Source of the DNA: Candidatus Margulisiibacteriota bacterium
GTDB lineage: Bacteria > Margulisbacteria > Marinamargulisbacteria > JBFWNS01
NCBI GenBank assembly: GCA_050250935.1
Contig: JBFWNS010000001.1
Span: 18,331 to 82,330, forward strand
Reading direction: 5' to 3'
DNA length: 64,000 nucleotides
In this document: positions 41,516-50,180 of the stretch, piece by piece
Layout: each line of letters begins with the position of its first letter
How positions within the stretch are numbered: the stretch's first letter is position 1
Made by a program: the position numbers and the translations under genes
Notes under the pieces: model-generated
What the model was told of the DNA's origin: nothing
What the model saw: the letters and a program-made list of their open reading frames with translations, nothing else
Database searches by the model: none

Positions 41516-41955
41516 TGGATATCATGATGATGATCGGCACCTTTATTTTTAGCGTAGATACCGCTTCCTACCAGCAATTTTCCAGGGCAACTGAATACCG
41601 ATGGAGAAGCCAGGAGCGAGTCAATGCCATAGAGGCATTGCAGTTTATCGGCGAAGGATCTGATGTCGTCACGTTTGTTGGCACCATTTATACCGAATAC
41701 AAGGGAGGAGTTGGACAGCTCACAGTTATGAGGGGCATCGCCGGAAATGGGAAGCCGCTTGTTTTGATTGATGGTCGTGGATTTGTTCACGGGCTATGGG
41801 TCATCGAAAAGGTTGAGGAAAACGTTGAAGCCTTCTTTGGACAAGGTGTGCCGCGCCGTCAAAGGTTTACGATGCAGATCCGCAAATATGGCGACAACAA
41901 AGCCATCCTCAAAAATGGGATTGTAGAATCCGTTATCGGAAGGAGCCTTCCATGA
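41515..41955 (+). CDS. Tail protein U (P2 gpU-like)
   Basis: FIFSVDTASYQ, LQFIG, GLWVIE. Confidence 0.85.
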   Translation: MDIMMMIGTFIFSVDTASYQQFSRATEYRWRSQERVNAIEALQFIGEGSDVVTFVGTIYTEYKGGVGQLTVMRGIAGNGKPLVLIDGRGFVHGLWVIEKVEENVEAFFGQGVPRRQRFTMQIRKYGDNKAILKNGIVESVIGRSLP

Positions 41956-42164
41956 CGGCAACCTATGTCAGTAAGTCCGGCGACGTCGTGGATGAGATTG
42001 TAAAGTCCTACTACGGAACTTTAAAGGGCCGAATGGTAGAACAGGTTTTGGATGCCAACCCCGGATTAGCTGACTACGGGCCTACACTCCCTTATGGTAT
42101 CAGCATTGTCCTGCCGGATATTCAAACCCCGGTACAGGAGGCCAGTATCCGTTTATGGGATTAA
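41952..42164 (+). CDS. Tail protein X (LysM-like)
   Basis: GDVVDEI...YYG...VLDANPGLA...IRLWD. Confidence 0.88.
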   Translation: MTATYVSKSGDVVDEIVKSYYGTLKGRMVEQVLDANPGLADYGPTLPYGISIVLPDIQTPVQEASIRLWD

Positions 42165-43222
42165 TCAATATCACCCCAACCATCCGGATTGAAGCCAACA
42201 ACAAAGACATCACCGACATAATCAAGGAGCGGTTTGTATCCCTAAAGATTACGGATGAATCCGAGTATCAGTCAGATATTGCCGAAATAACCCTGGCCGA
42301 CCACAAGCCGGATGCCAGAATCAAAATGCCGCCAACCGGTGCTGAACTTCGAATTTGGGTTGGCTATGACGAAAAAGCCACCGATATGGGGCTCTGGATT
42401 GTCGATGAAATCCGTCTTGCGGGTCCGCCGGATTCAATGACTCTGGTTGCCCGAGCAGCACCGTTTATGAAAAGCATGAAAGGCAGGCTTGCCTTAACCT
42501 CTCATCGAAACCGCACGTGGCCGGCAGGAACCACCATTGGCGGGATGGTCAAAAAGATGGCTGATAAAAGTAAGCTGGAAGCTAAAGTGTCATCGACAAT
42601 GGCGGGAATAGTGCTTCCACACATTGCTCAAATCAACCAGTCAGACCTAGACCTACTTACTAAACTCATACCCAAATATTTCGGGATTGCCACGGTTAAA
42701 AACGGTGCCATTGTTGTTACCAGTTTGGCCGAATCAAAAACAGGCTTAACCAACTCGGAAATCCCACCCATCACGTTGGTTCCTTCAGACGTCACTTCCT
42801 ATCAGACTTCCGTTAAAAGCCGTGGGCAGTATGGAAAGGTAATTGCGAAATACCGGGACTATAAAACATCGACTGACAAGCAGGTTGTCGTTGGGGATGA
42901 AGAACCAGTCTTGAGGCTACCATTTACCTTGCCAAATATGGACTCTGCCTATAATTCGGCCAAAGCCAAATATATGAATGGTAAGCGGGGTCTTCAGGAG
43001 GTTTCTTTAACCTTGCCAGGACGGACCGATATCTTTGCTGAAAGACGATTGGTTTTGACCGGATTCCGGGACGAATTAAGCGGTGAATGGAAAATAAAAC
43101 GGGTCGAACACCAGATCGATCAGGGTGGATATTCCTGCTCTGTAACCCTGGCCGTGAATATAACAAATGAGGACATACCGCCAGTATCCGAATCTGACGA
43201 AAGCGAAGACGATGAAGAGTAA
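42155..43222 (+). CDS. Baseplate hub / late control protein D
   Basis: GPPD, QINQSDLDLL, GEWKIKRVEH. Confidence 0.85.
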   Translation: MGLINITPTIRIEANNKDITDIIKERFVSLKITDESEYQSDIAEITLADHKPDARIKMPPTGAELRIWVGYDEKATDMGLWIVDEIRLAGPPDSMTLVARAAPFMKSMKGRLALTSHRNRTWPAGTTIGGMVKKMADKSKLEAKVSSTMAGIVLPHIAQINQSDLDLLTKLIPKYFGIATVKNGAIVVTSLAESKTGLTNSEIPPITLVPSDVTSYQTSVKSRGQYGKVIAKYRDYKTSTDKQVVVGDEEPVLRLPFTLPNMDSAYNSAKAKYMNGKRGLQEVSLTLPGRTDIFAERRLVLTGFRDELSGEWKIKRVEHQIDQGGYSCSVTLAVNITNEDIPPVSESDESEDDEE

Positions 43223-43497
43223 TGGAACTCATAACACTCTTAAAAGAAGTCCGAGACCCCGCAGTCTTTTTGTTCTGCGTCGCAATTGTTTTCTATCTCA
43301 ACCGTAACTATGTAAGCAAGGAAACCTACCGGGAAAACTTTGATTCTTTGAAAAAAGAGCTTGAAGCCATTCGTGATGACTATGTTTCCAAAGAAAAGTT
43401 GGCCGACGTGTTAAAGCCTGTTGAGGACCAGCTAAAAAGTATTGGCCGTGAGATTGGTGAAATAAAAAAGTTCATCGTCGATGTCATCAAAAAATAA
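43222..43497 (+). CDS. Single-TM coiled-coil protein in lysis cassette (holin candidate)
   Basis: One hydrophobic helix then coiled coil; precedes the endolysin. Confidence 0.5.
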   Translation: MELITLLKEVRDPAVFLFCVAIVFYLNRNYVSKETYRENFDSLKKELEAIRDDYVSKEKLADVLKPVEDQLKSIGREIGEIKKFIVDVIKK

Positions 43498-43509
43498 GGA
43501 GGCCGTATC

Positions 43510-43962
43510 TTGGATTTGAATCAAAAATTGAGTGAGCACTTCCAACTTTGGGAGTTTGTTACTTCTCAAGTTGCTCAGCGTAACGGCATCAACAACAACC
43601 CAACTCCCGAAGTTATCCAATGCCTAAAAAAGCTCTGTGAAACAGTTTTGGAACCTGCCAGGTTTGCCTTGGGGCCGTTGCGTATTTCATCCGGGTACAG
43701 ATGTCCGGCTTTGAACAAAGCTGTAGGAGGGGCGGCAACCAGTGCCCATCAATTTGGGTTTGCAGCGGATGTTTTGCCACTCAAAGTAAGCAAGCTGGAA
43801 TTTGCCAAGTGGATCGTTAAAAACGTGCCGTTTGACCAAATTATTTTGGAGTATGGAACAGAAGCCGATCCTGCTTGGATTCACGTTAGTGCGGATCCTC
43901 GTCATCGCAAAAAAGTGATGCGGATTTTAAACGGAACCGGTTATCAAAAAATCAACCTATAG
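43510..43962 (+). CDS. Endolysin, peptidase M15A family
   Basis: LSEHFQLWEF, ISSGYRCPALN, SAHQFGFAAD, WIHVS. Confidence 0.9.
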   Translation: MDLNQKLSEHFQLWEFVTSQVAQRNGINNNPTPEVIQCLKKLCETVLEPARFALGPLRISSGYRCPALNKAVGGAATSAHQFGFAADVLPLKVSKLEFAKWIVKNVPFDQIILEYGTEADPAWIHVSADPRHRKKVMRILNGTGYQKINL

Positions 43963-43971
43963 GAGGAAATA

Positions 43972-44349
43972 ATGGATATTTTAGGTGCAGTTGGAAATGT
44001 ATTCGGTGGTGTCGGTAAGCAAGTGGTTATTTGGACCATCGGTGGGGCCATTTCACTTTTTGTTGTCAATGAAATCCGCAAGTTTCTGAACGAAATCAAG
44101 GACCACATCATTCGTAAGGTAAAGGGGGAAGTGGCTAATATTGAAGACGAAAACCTTCGAGAAGCTGCACGGCATGTTGTACGGTATGTGGCCGGAAGGT
44201 TTCCGGATATTTCCGGAGACGCAAAGCTCCAAATGGCTATCAAGCAGCTTCAGGACATTACTCCAGACATCTTGGTTTCGGACGACAAATTAAAAGTACT
44301 CATCGAATCAGCTTACAGTGACTTCAAACAAGAGCTAAAAAGTGTTTAA
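43972..44349 (+). CDS. Putative holin (LL-H-like)
   Basis: N-terminal TM, GDAKL and LIESA motifs; follows the endolysin. Confidence 0.55.
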   Translation: MDILGAVGNVFGGVGKQVVIWTIGGAISLFVVNEIRKFLNEIKDHIIRKVKGEVANIEDENLREAARHVVRYVAGRFPDISGDAKLQMAIKQLQDITPDILVSDDKLKVLIESAYSDFKQELKSV

Positions 44350-44779
44350 ACGCTTTATCGTTTCACTGGCACTGATGGGGCTTTTTGCGGGATCCTTAAG
44401 TGCTGCCGAATTTCCCGAAACCTTTTTAGAAATAAGCCCGGAGCTATCATATGGCGTTCACGATAACGGCCCGGCCTGGATTGAACTGGTTCCACTAAGA
44501 GGCGGCTGGCAAGCCACAAAGCAAACTGCCGTAAAAGCGGGCTTCAGCTATGCCTACGAAATTGACCGTGATAAAAAGCCCTTTGGAACTCCCAATCATT
44601 ACGGTTGGAGAATTTCAGCACGATTGGAGCATGCCTTTGTTCCTAGTAGTGATATGAGGTTTTTTTATGAGGTGAACGTGGGCGAGAAAGTTGACGGCTC
44701 AAGGAATGAGATTAACTACCTTCAAACGATGAATTATCAGCGGTTTGGGCTTGTTTGGAGGCTTTGGAAGGTTATTTAG
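44342..44779 (+). CDS. Exported protein, possibly a small beta-barrel
   Basis: Signal peptide; alternating aromatic strands; ends FGLVWRLWKVI. Confidence 0.55.
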   Translation: MFKRFIVSLALMGLFAGSLSAAEFPETFLEISPELSYGVHDNGPAWIELVPLRGGWQATKQTAVKAGFSYAYEIDRDKKPFGTPNHYGWRISARLEHAFVPSSDMRFFYEVNVGEKVDGSRNEINYLQTMNYQRFGLVWRLWKVI

Positions 44780-44824
44780 CTGAGTGGTTTTACAGTACCA
44801 CTTTATTGCCACTATAATCTTTAA

Positions 44825-45505
44825 ATGACCTACAGTTTTTGGGGAAAGTTTTTTAGAAAAGATTTAAAGCTGAGTGATAGATGGTGGCACAGACTTTTAT
44901 CAGTTAGTTTCCTTATTTTTGTAGTATGGTTTTTCTTCTATTTAGCACCTCGTCCTGAAACAAGATGGATTCAGGCGGAAAAATTTTCCAACAGAATAAC
45001 ATCCGACATTAAGCCAATTGAATCATTATTAAAGCAGAATGAAAGACTTGGAGATAAAAACGAAGAGCTTTATGGAAATGACTCCTCCATGGATGCCTAT
45101 TCTAAAGATACTTATTATTCAAATAATCTTCAGGCCACTTACAAGCAAATTATGATTGAGCGAAACATCCACAATCTGTATATCTATGATCACAATAGTG
45201 CGCCGGACAGAATCGAAGTTACCTCTGAAAAATTTTTAGACTACATTCAAAAAAATAATATAAAAGGGTTAGCGATAGACAGCTTTAGCTTTGAAGATGG
45301 CCATAAACTGTATTTCTTACAGGTTCCAACTATGGAACCTTATCAAGATTACTTTGTTTATAAAAAATCTTTATTCAAGACGGCGGTAGGATATGGCGGA
45401 ATCTTATGTATGGTATCAGGCATTACCTTAATTTTTTCTGCTTTGATTCTTACTGCATATTATAAGGTTATTCTTTACATAATATTTGGATCTAGGAAAG
45501 AATAA
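44825..45505 (+). CDS. AT-rich two-TM membrane moron protein
   Basis: Own TATAAT (44813-44818); TM segments at both ends; last gene before attR. Confidence 0.65.
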   Translation: MTYSFWGKFFRKDLKLSDRWWHRLLSVSFLIFVVWFFFYLAPRPETRWIQAEKFSNRITSDIKPIESLLKQNERLGDKNEELYGNDSSMDAYSKDTYYSNNLQATYKQIMIERNIHNLYIYDHNSAPDRIEVTSEKFLDYIQKNNIKGLAIDSFSFEDGHKLYFLQVPTMEPYQDYFVYKKSLFKTAVGYGGILCMVSGITLIFSALILTAYYKVILYIIFGSRKE

Positions 45506-45573
45506 ATTTTGTGACAAACATCAAGCCACCTTCAAAGCCTCCGAATACAAATTAAAGTAAAATAGCAGCCGAT

Positions 45574-45606
45574 TAGGAGCGTAAACCTGACCTAGTGGGC
45601 CCACCA
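45574..45606 (+). repeat. attR (site 1)
   Basis: TAGGAGC-10 nt-CCTAGTGGGCCCACCA; core identical to the tRNA 3' end. Confidence 0.92.
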
Positions 45607-45667
45607 GCGCTTTTTTGATACTTTTGAGGCTAAATTTAGTTCAAGTCCTAATGGGTTGGTAGCTGAT

Positions 45668-46114
45668 TTATCTTCCCTGTGTCGAGATTCTTGTGACCAA
45701 TAGCAGTTCTTCCAGCATTGGATGAATTAAATGGGGAGCCGGCATATACGGATTAGTAAAAAACTTATACCTCAGAGCATGCGACGAATATTGTGAACTT
45801 AATCCCTTAACTATTGTTTGTGTTTCATCTGTAATCAGAATGTCTTTTTTTTGCAATTCGCCCAAGAGCGCTTTTAAGTTGTGGCGATAATCATATTTTT
45901 TAAGATTTCTTTCTTCCCATCCTCTTTTTAGGAGAGCCGCTTTTAAAAATAATTCTACCGCCTGTGATACTAAAAAATAGAAAGGAATAGCCGTTAATTT
46001 TGCTGGAGATCCATCTTCGCGTTTTTCCATAGTGTTTTCTAGTTTTTTAGCGCTTTCCCAGAAATTTACAGCAACTAATCTATAGGTGGATGCTAAGACA
46101 ATACTATCTTCCAC
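45668..46114 (-). CDS. HEPN-like protein
   Basis: FLVSQAVELFLKAAL, RHNLKAL, ALRY pattern typical of HEPN folds. Confidence 0.55.
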   Translation of the reverse strand: MEDSIVLASTYRLVAVNFWESAKKLENTMEKREDGSPAKLTAIPFYFLVSQAVELFLKAALLKRGWEERNLKKYDYRHNLKALLGELQKKDILITDETQTIVKGLSSQYSSHALRYKFFTNPYMPAPHLIHPMLEELLLVTRISTQGR

Positions 46115-46116
46115 TG

Positions 46117-46941
46117 CTAATCCAAAAATTTCTGACTACCCGAAGAAATTACACCCAGCCGCCTTAACTGATCCATAGCCAGTTGCCTTAATTTCTGAAA
46201 CCGCTCTTCCTTGCTTTTTCTTTCAACTATCAAAATCGAATTGTAGCTTTCCAAATTTGCCAAAATCACAAGCTGTGTCGCAGTAGCTTCATCCCTCATA
46301 TTTGCAACCCCATCTAAAATTGCTTTGGGATTTTCATCTCGCCACTGTTTAGCGGTTTTTCCAAAAAGTGCAACATTGATAATGTCGGCTTCCTCCGCAT
46401 AAATAAGCCATTCCTGATTTTTAGGAATGTTGGGCAACAGATGCTCTTTGACCGCATCCGTATGTAGTTTGTAATTCACTTTGCTTAAAAAGCGTTTAAC
46501 ATCCCATCCTTCTTGAAGCCGTTGTTGCTCTTGTTCTTTGAGTCGTTGAAACTCTTTGATAATAAGGAGCTTAAATTCTGGACTTAACCAAGCACCAAAC
46601 TCAAAAGCGATATCCTTGTGTGCAAAAGTGCCACCATATCGACCGGCCTTAGCTTGCAGGCCAACGGCATTAGTTTTATCAATCCATTTTTTAACTGAAA
46701 TTGTGAATCGATTTGTACCCGCTTCATTTCTAATTCCCCCGAATTCGGGGGAATTAAAATCAGGGTTGTTCAGTTCTTCCCAAACGCCTAAAAACTCAAT
46801 GGTATTTTTGTTAATCAGCCACTTTTCGATGAGCCTGCTGCCATCCTCGTAGGAAGACGTCATATCTGTTAAAGAGACAAAATCCATGCCGTTTTGTGTT
46901 AAAACTGATATTTTTGACCCTTTAACTTCAATTTTGGGCAT
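46117..46941 (-). CDS. KilA-N domain protein
   Basis: VSLTDM, TIEFLGVWE, GRYGGTFAHKDIAFEF, LSKVNYKLHTDA. Confidence 0.9.
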   Translation of the reverse strand: MPKIEVKGSKISVLTQNGMDFVSLTDMTSSYEDGSRLIEKWLINKNTIEFLGVWEELNNPDFNSPEFGGIRNEAGTNRFTISVKKWIDKTNAVGLQAKAGRYGGTFAHKDIAFEFGAWLSPEFKLLIIKEFQRLKEQEQQRLQEGWDVKRFLSKVNYKLHTDAVKEHLLPNIPKNQEWLIYAEEADIINVALFGKTAKQWRDENPKAILDGVANMRDEATATQLVILANLESYNSILIVERKSKEERFQKLRQLAMDQLRRLGVISSGSQKFLD

Positions 46942-47080
46942 AAATCCATATCTCCTTTAAAAAGTTTCCCTATTTTAACCTACACCCACTTTGCATCCAA
47001 TACGAAAAGGTTCGATAAATACCCCTTAAGCAGCCTTTAAAGCCACCCATTCCAAGAAGAAGTCCATCATTTCGATGAAA

Positions 47081-47123
47081 TTTTCGTGCGTAGGAGCGTC
47101 CTGGTGCCCAATTGGGCCCACCA
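47081..47123 (+). repeat. att-like site 2
   Basis: TTTTCGTGCGTAGGAGC-10 nt-CCAATTGGGCCCACCA (core 14/16 to the tRNA end). Confidence 0.85.
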
Positions 47124-47300
47124 GCCTTCGCAATAAAATGGCGATCTGCACGATTTTCGCTGCGGTCACATATTTGCAATATGTTCCCTCTGCGAGAAAT
47201 CGCACATCTCATCCATTTTATTTGCGAATGCCTCTGCTTCGGATTTATTTGCAAAAATTGCGCCGATTGTTGCCTTCGAAGCAACTCCCTACGCGAGTTT

Positions 47301-47843
47301 TTACGAATCTGACGCACTCTCGAAGCTCGATTCCTCAAGGCCTTTAATCACAAGGAAATCTTTCCATGCATCTATGCATTTGTTGCACAAATCAAATATG
47401 TCAAATTTTACAATTTCCTTTGTGTCAGGGTTTTCAAATGCCGCTCTATATTTGATTGGACTTCCTTTTGTCTCGAAATAATCATATTCACGATACCAAT
47501 TAAAGTCTGAATCTAATGGCCTTCGATCTATTTTTTTGTGTTTATATCCATTTGCAATATCTCGACAAAATCGAAGCTCAATATTCTGAGAAAATAGATT
47601 GTCTATATCAATTTTGAAATCTGGATAGGAATTTAAAAGATAATCTTTAACATGGAAGCAATTCTGAAAAAATGCAATAAGTTCGTCGTCGTCGAAATTA
47701 GACAATTCCGAATTCTTTGACTTATTGGCTAAAATTTGAACTCGACTATACCACCTTAATACTCGATTCCATTGAATGCGCCATTGATCTTTCTCTTCAA
47801 TTGTAACGGGACTTAATGCACTCCCACCGAACCATTGCGGCAT
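47301..47843 (-). CDS. Hypothetical protein, possibly HEPN-like
   Basis: FFQNCFHVKDY and CRDIANGYKH; coupled to the antitoxin gene. Confidence 0.55.
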   Translation of the reverse strand: MPQWFGGSALSPVTIEEKDQWRIQWNRVLRWYSRVQILANKSKNSELSNFDDDELIAFFQNCFHVKDYLLNSYPDFKIDIDNLFSQNIELRFCRDIANGYKHKKIDRRPLDSDFNWYREYDYFETKGSPIKYRAAFENPDTKEIVKFDIFDLCNKCIDAWKDFLVIKGLEESSFESASDS

Positions 47844-48124
47844 TACCCAATTCTCACAAGCTCAGTTCCCAAGGCTTTTGACACCTTAAAGATTGTCGAT
47901 AGTTTTACATCTTGTGGATGCCTCTCCAACCGAGAAATTGCTTGTTTTTTAGTATGAATTAACTCTGCTAACTGTGATTGAGTAAGACCTTTTTCTTTCC
48001 GGGTCTTTCGAATCAATTCACCCAAGACTTCAAGCTTAAAGTCTTCATATTCATCGTCAAATTTTTCAAATGTTTTGGGGTGTTTCTTTTTTTGTTCTTC
48101 AAGGTAATTACGAAATGTGGCCAT
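47843..48124 (-). CDS. XRE-family HTH antitoxin (HigA-like)
   Basis: RKEKGLTQSQLAE...ISRLE HTH, downstream of a RelE-like gene. Confidence 0.85.
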   Translation of the reverse strand: MATFRNYLEEQKKKHPKTFEKFDDEYEDFKLEVLGELIRKTRKEKGLTQSQLAELIHTKKQAISRLERHPQDVKLSTIFKVSKALGTELVRIG

Positions 48125-48129
48125 GGTTG

Positions 48130-48489
48130 TTACCTCCTACTTAGATAATCGTTTTTGTAATTTTCCGCAATTTCAATCTCATTTTGCGGTGTTTTTTGCG
48201 ATTTCTTTTGAAATCCGTTTGTCAAAATAACCAACTTCCCTTTGTGCATAAATCCCAAAAACCGATAAATGTTGGACTCGTATTCAATCCGCGCTTCCCA
48301 AAGTCCATTTGAACCTGTCATTTTTTGCCAATATTTCGAAGGAACAATCTGGAGCTCTTCAATTAGACTGAATACAAATAATATCTTTTTACGAACCTTT
48401 AGTGGTAATTCATCTAGATAATCTTTAACAGGAACTTTTCCCGAAGATTTTTTGTAAAATTCGATGATTCGATGCCGGTTCTCTGTCAT
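48130..48489 (-). CDS. RelE/HigB-like (Gp49-type) toxin
   Basis: GKVPVKDYL, GLWEAR, LTNGFQKKSQKTP...EIEIA. Confidence 0.88.
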   Translation of the reverse strand: MTENRHRIIEFYKKSSGKVPVKDYLDELPLKVRKKILFVFSLIEELQIVPSKYWQKMTGSNGLWEARIEYESNIYRFLGFMHKGKLVILTNGFQKKSQKTPQNEIEIAENYKNDYLSRR

Positions 48490-48668
48490 TTGTATTTCCC
48501 AGTTACGATCAATTGTAAACATGAGAGTTGACTTTTTTCAAGTGTCGCTTGTGATGCCAAATTGGCAATATGTACCATCCAAAATAGGTTCGAGAAACGC
48601 CCCTAAGCTGCCTTCAAACCCGACCATTCCCAGAAAAATCCCAGAAAAATCCCAGCAAAATCCCAATG

Positions 48669-48711
48669 TTTTCGTGCGTAGGAGCAGAACAGTAACCAAT
48701 TGGCCCCACCA
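48669..48711 (+). repeat. att-like site 3
   Basis: TTTTCGTGCGTAGGAGC-10 nt-CCAATTGGCCCCACCA (core 13/16). Confidence 0.83.
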
Positions 48712-48790
48712 TCTTGAATATGTCCAAAAAATTAATAATTATGGACACGTTTTATTGACATGTCCATGCCATACACATATTCTATTGGAT

Positions 48791-49870
48791 ATGCACATTA
48801 ATTCAGAAACACCCTATAATGAGCTTCCGCTACTTCCACTTCAGCAGTCTTTTGAGACAATACCAGTGATGCAAGCGGCTATTCGAGCGAATAGGGCGTT
48901 AGCTGAGCTCAAAGGAATTGCTCAAACGATTCCAAACCAAAGTATCTTTATCAATACAATCAGCCTTAAAGAAGCACAATATAGCTCTGAAATCGAAAAT
49001 ATTATTACAACAACAGATGAGCTGTATCAGGCGTTTTCTGTTTCAGACGGGAAGATGACACAATCGGCAAAAGAAGTTTTGCAATATCGCAATGCGTTAT
49101 GGCAAGGATTTTCTCAGCTCAAAAAACGTGGAATCTTAACCACATCTGTAATGAATGAAATTCAGGCAACACTTTTAGATAATAACGCAGGAATTCGGTC
49201 TTTACCTGGAACAGCACTAAAAAATGCTATTACAGGTAAAATTATATATACACCTCCGGTAGGCAAAGATGTCATCTTGGATAAGTTGAAAAACTTGGAA
49301 ACTTACATCCATTCTGAAACAGTTGATCCGTTGATTAAAATGGCCATTATGCACTATCAATTTGAGTCTATTCACCCATATTATGATGGCAATGGTCGTA
49401 CGGGACGGATTTTAAATGTTCTCTACCTTATTTATGAAGGCTTGTTAGATCAGCCTATTCTTTATCTCAGCCATTACATTATTCAACACAAAGAAGAGTA
49501 CTACCGCTTATTGCAAAATTGTACTTTTAAGGAAGATTATGAGCCTTGGATTTTGTATATGCTCAGAGGTGTTGAAGAGTCAGCAAAGGAATCGATTTCG
49601 AAAATAAAATCGATCCAGCTTCTTATGCAGGAGACAATGGCAATTATCAAAGAAAAACTGCCTAAAATTTATTCAAAAGAACTTGTGGAGGTTCTTTTTC
49701 AGCAACCATACTGCAAAATCAAATTCCTTGAAGATTATGGCTTAGCAAAAAGAAAAACAGCTTCTGAATATCTTTATCAGCTTGAGGCTATTGGTGTTTT
49801 AGAATCCAAAAAAATTGGACGGGAAACGTTGTTTTTGAATGTGCGGTTGTTTGAGTTGTTTAGAGGATAG
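48791..49870 (+). CDS. Fic family protein adenylyltransferase
   Basis: HPYYDGNGRTGR Fic motif, SSEIEN inhibitory motif; TTGACA-17-TATTCT promoter just upstream. Confidence 0.92.
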   Translation: MHINSETPYNELPLLPLQQSFETIPVMQAAIRANRALAELKGIAQTIPNQSIFINTISLKEAQYSSEIENIITTTDELYQAFSVSDGKMTQSAKEVLQYRNALWQGFSQLKKRGILTTSVMNEIQATLLDNNAGIRSLPGTALKNAITGKIIYTPPVGKDVILDKLKNLETYIHSETVDPLIKMAIMHYQFESIHPYYDGNGRTGRILNVLYLIYEGLLDQPILYLSHYIIQHKEEYYRLLQNCTFKEDYEPWILYMLRGVEESAKESISKIKSIQLLMQETMAIIKEKLPKIYSKELVEVLFQQPYCKIKFLEDYGLAKRKTASEYLYQLEAIGVLESKKIGRETLFLNVRLFELFRG

Positions 49871-49893
49871 GCTATGTGTGTAGCCCTAGGATT

Positions 49894-49936
49894 TTTTCGT
49901 ACGTAAGAGCAGAACCGTAACCTATTAGCCCCACCA
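49894..49936 (+). repeat. att-like site 4 (outermost)
   Basis: TTTTCGTACGTAAGAGC-10 nt-CCTATTAGCCCCACCA (core 13/16); core-genome genes resume beyond it. Confidence 0.78.
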
Positions 49937-50038
49937 CGATAAATATGTCGAAAAACCACAAAAAGATCGACACATTTTATCAATATTTCGATGGGATCGA
50001 CATCTCTGCCCAAGCTAGCGGGCTAATCCTTTGCATCT

Positions 50039-50073
50039 TAATGGCGTAATCATCAGCTGGTATTACGCCATTA
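50039..50073. terminator. Hairpin between the island and rpoD 3' end
   Basis: TAATGGCGTAAT / ATTACGCCATTA 12-bp inverted repeat; no clear U-tract. Confidence 0.4.
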
Positions 50074-50180
50074 CTGCAACATTCCTCCAATAATCCCCCT
50101 TATCGAATCGGCGTTATCCCCGATTTTTCCAAACCAAGGCCATCAATGGGGTGACGAGGGTGAAGAGGGTTTTTGAACAC

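Larger units (their letters stand above)
9238..45606. mobile_element. Integrated temperate myophage (~36.4 kb)
   Basis: 16-bp direct repeat CCTAGTGGGCCCACCA at 9238-9253 and 45591-45606 bounds recombinase, repressor/cro, replication, packaging, head, contractile tail and lysis modules. Confidence 0.95.

Noticed and set aside
47124-47300. Possible recombinase remnant or small gene after site 2
   Set aside because: No similarity to the recombinase seen in the relevant frame; only short TTGC(A/G)A repeats of unclear meaning.
48464-48790. 109-aa N-terminal extension of the Fic ORF
   Set aside because: It crosses att site 3 and overlaps the toxin gene; a promoter and ATG at 48791 give a normal-length Fic protein.
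45574-49936. Repeats as a CRISPR array or classical integron attC sites
   Set aside because: Spacing is 1.2-1.6 kb, there are no cas or intI genes, and the repeats match the tRNA 3' end rather than attC palindromes.
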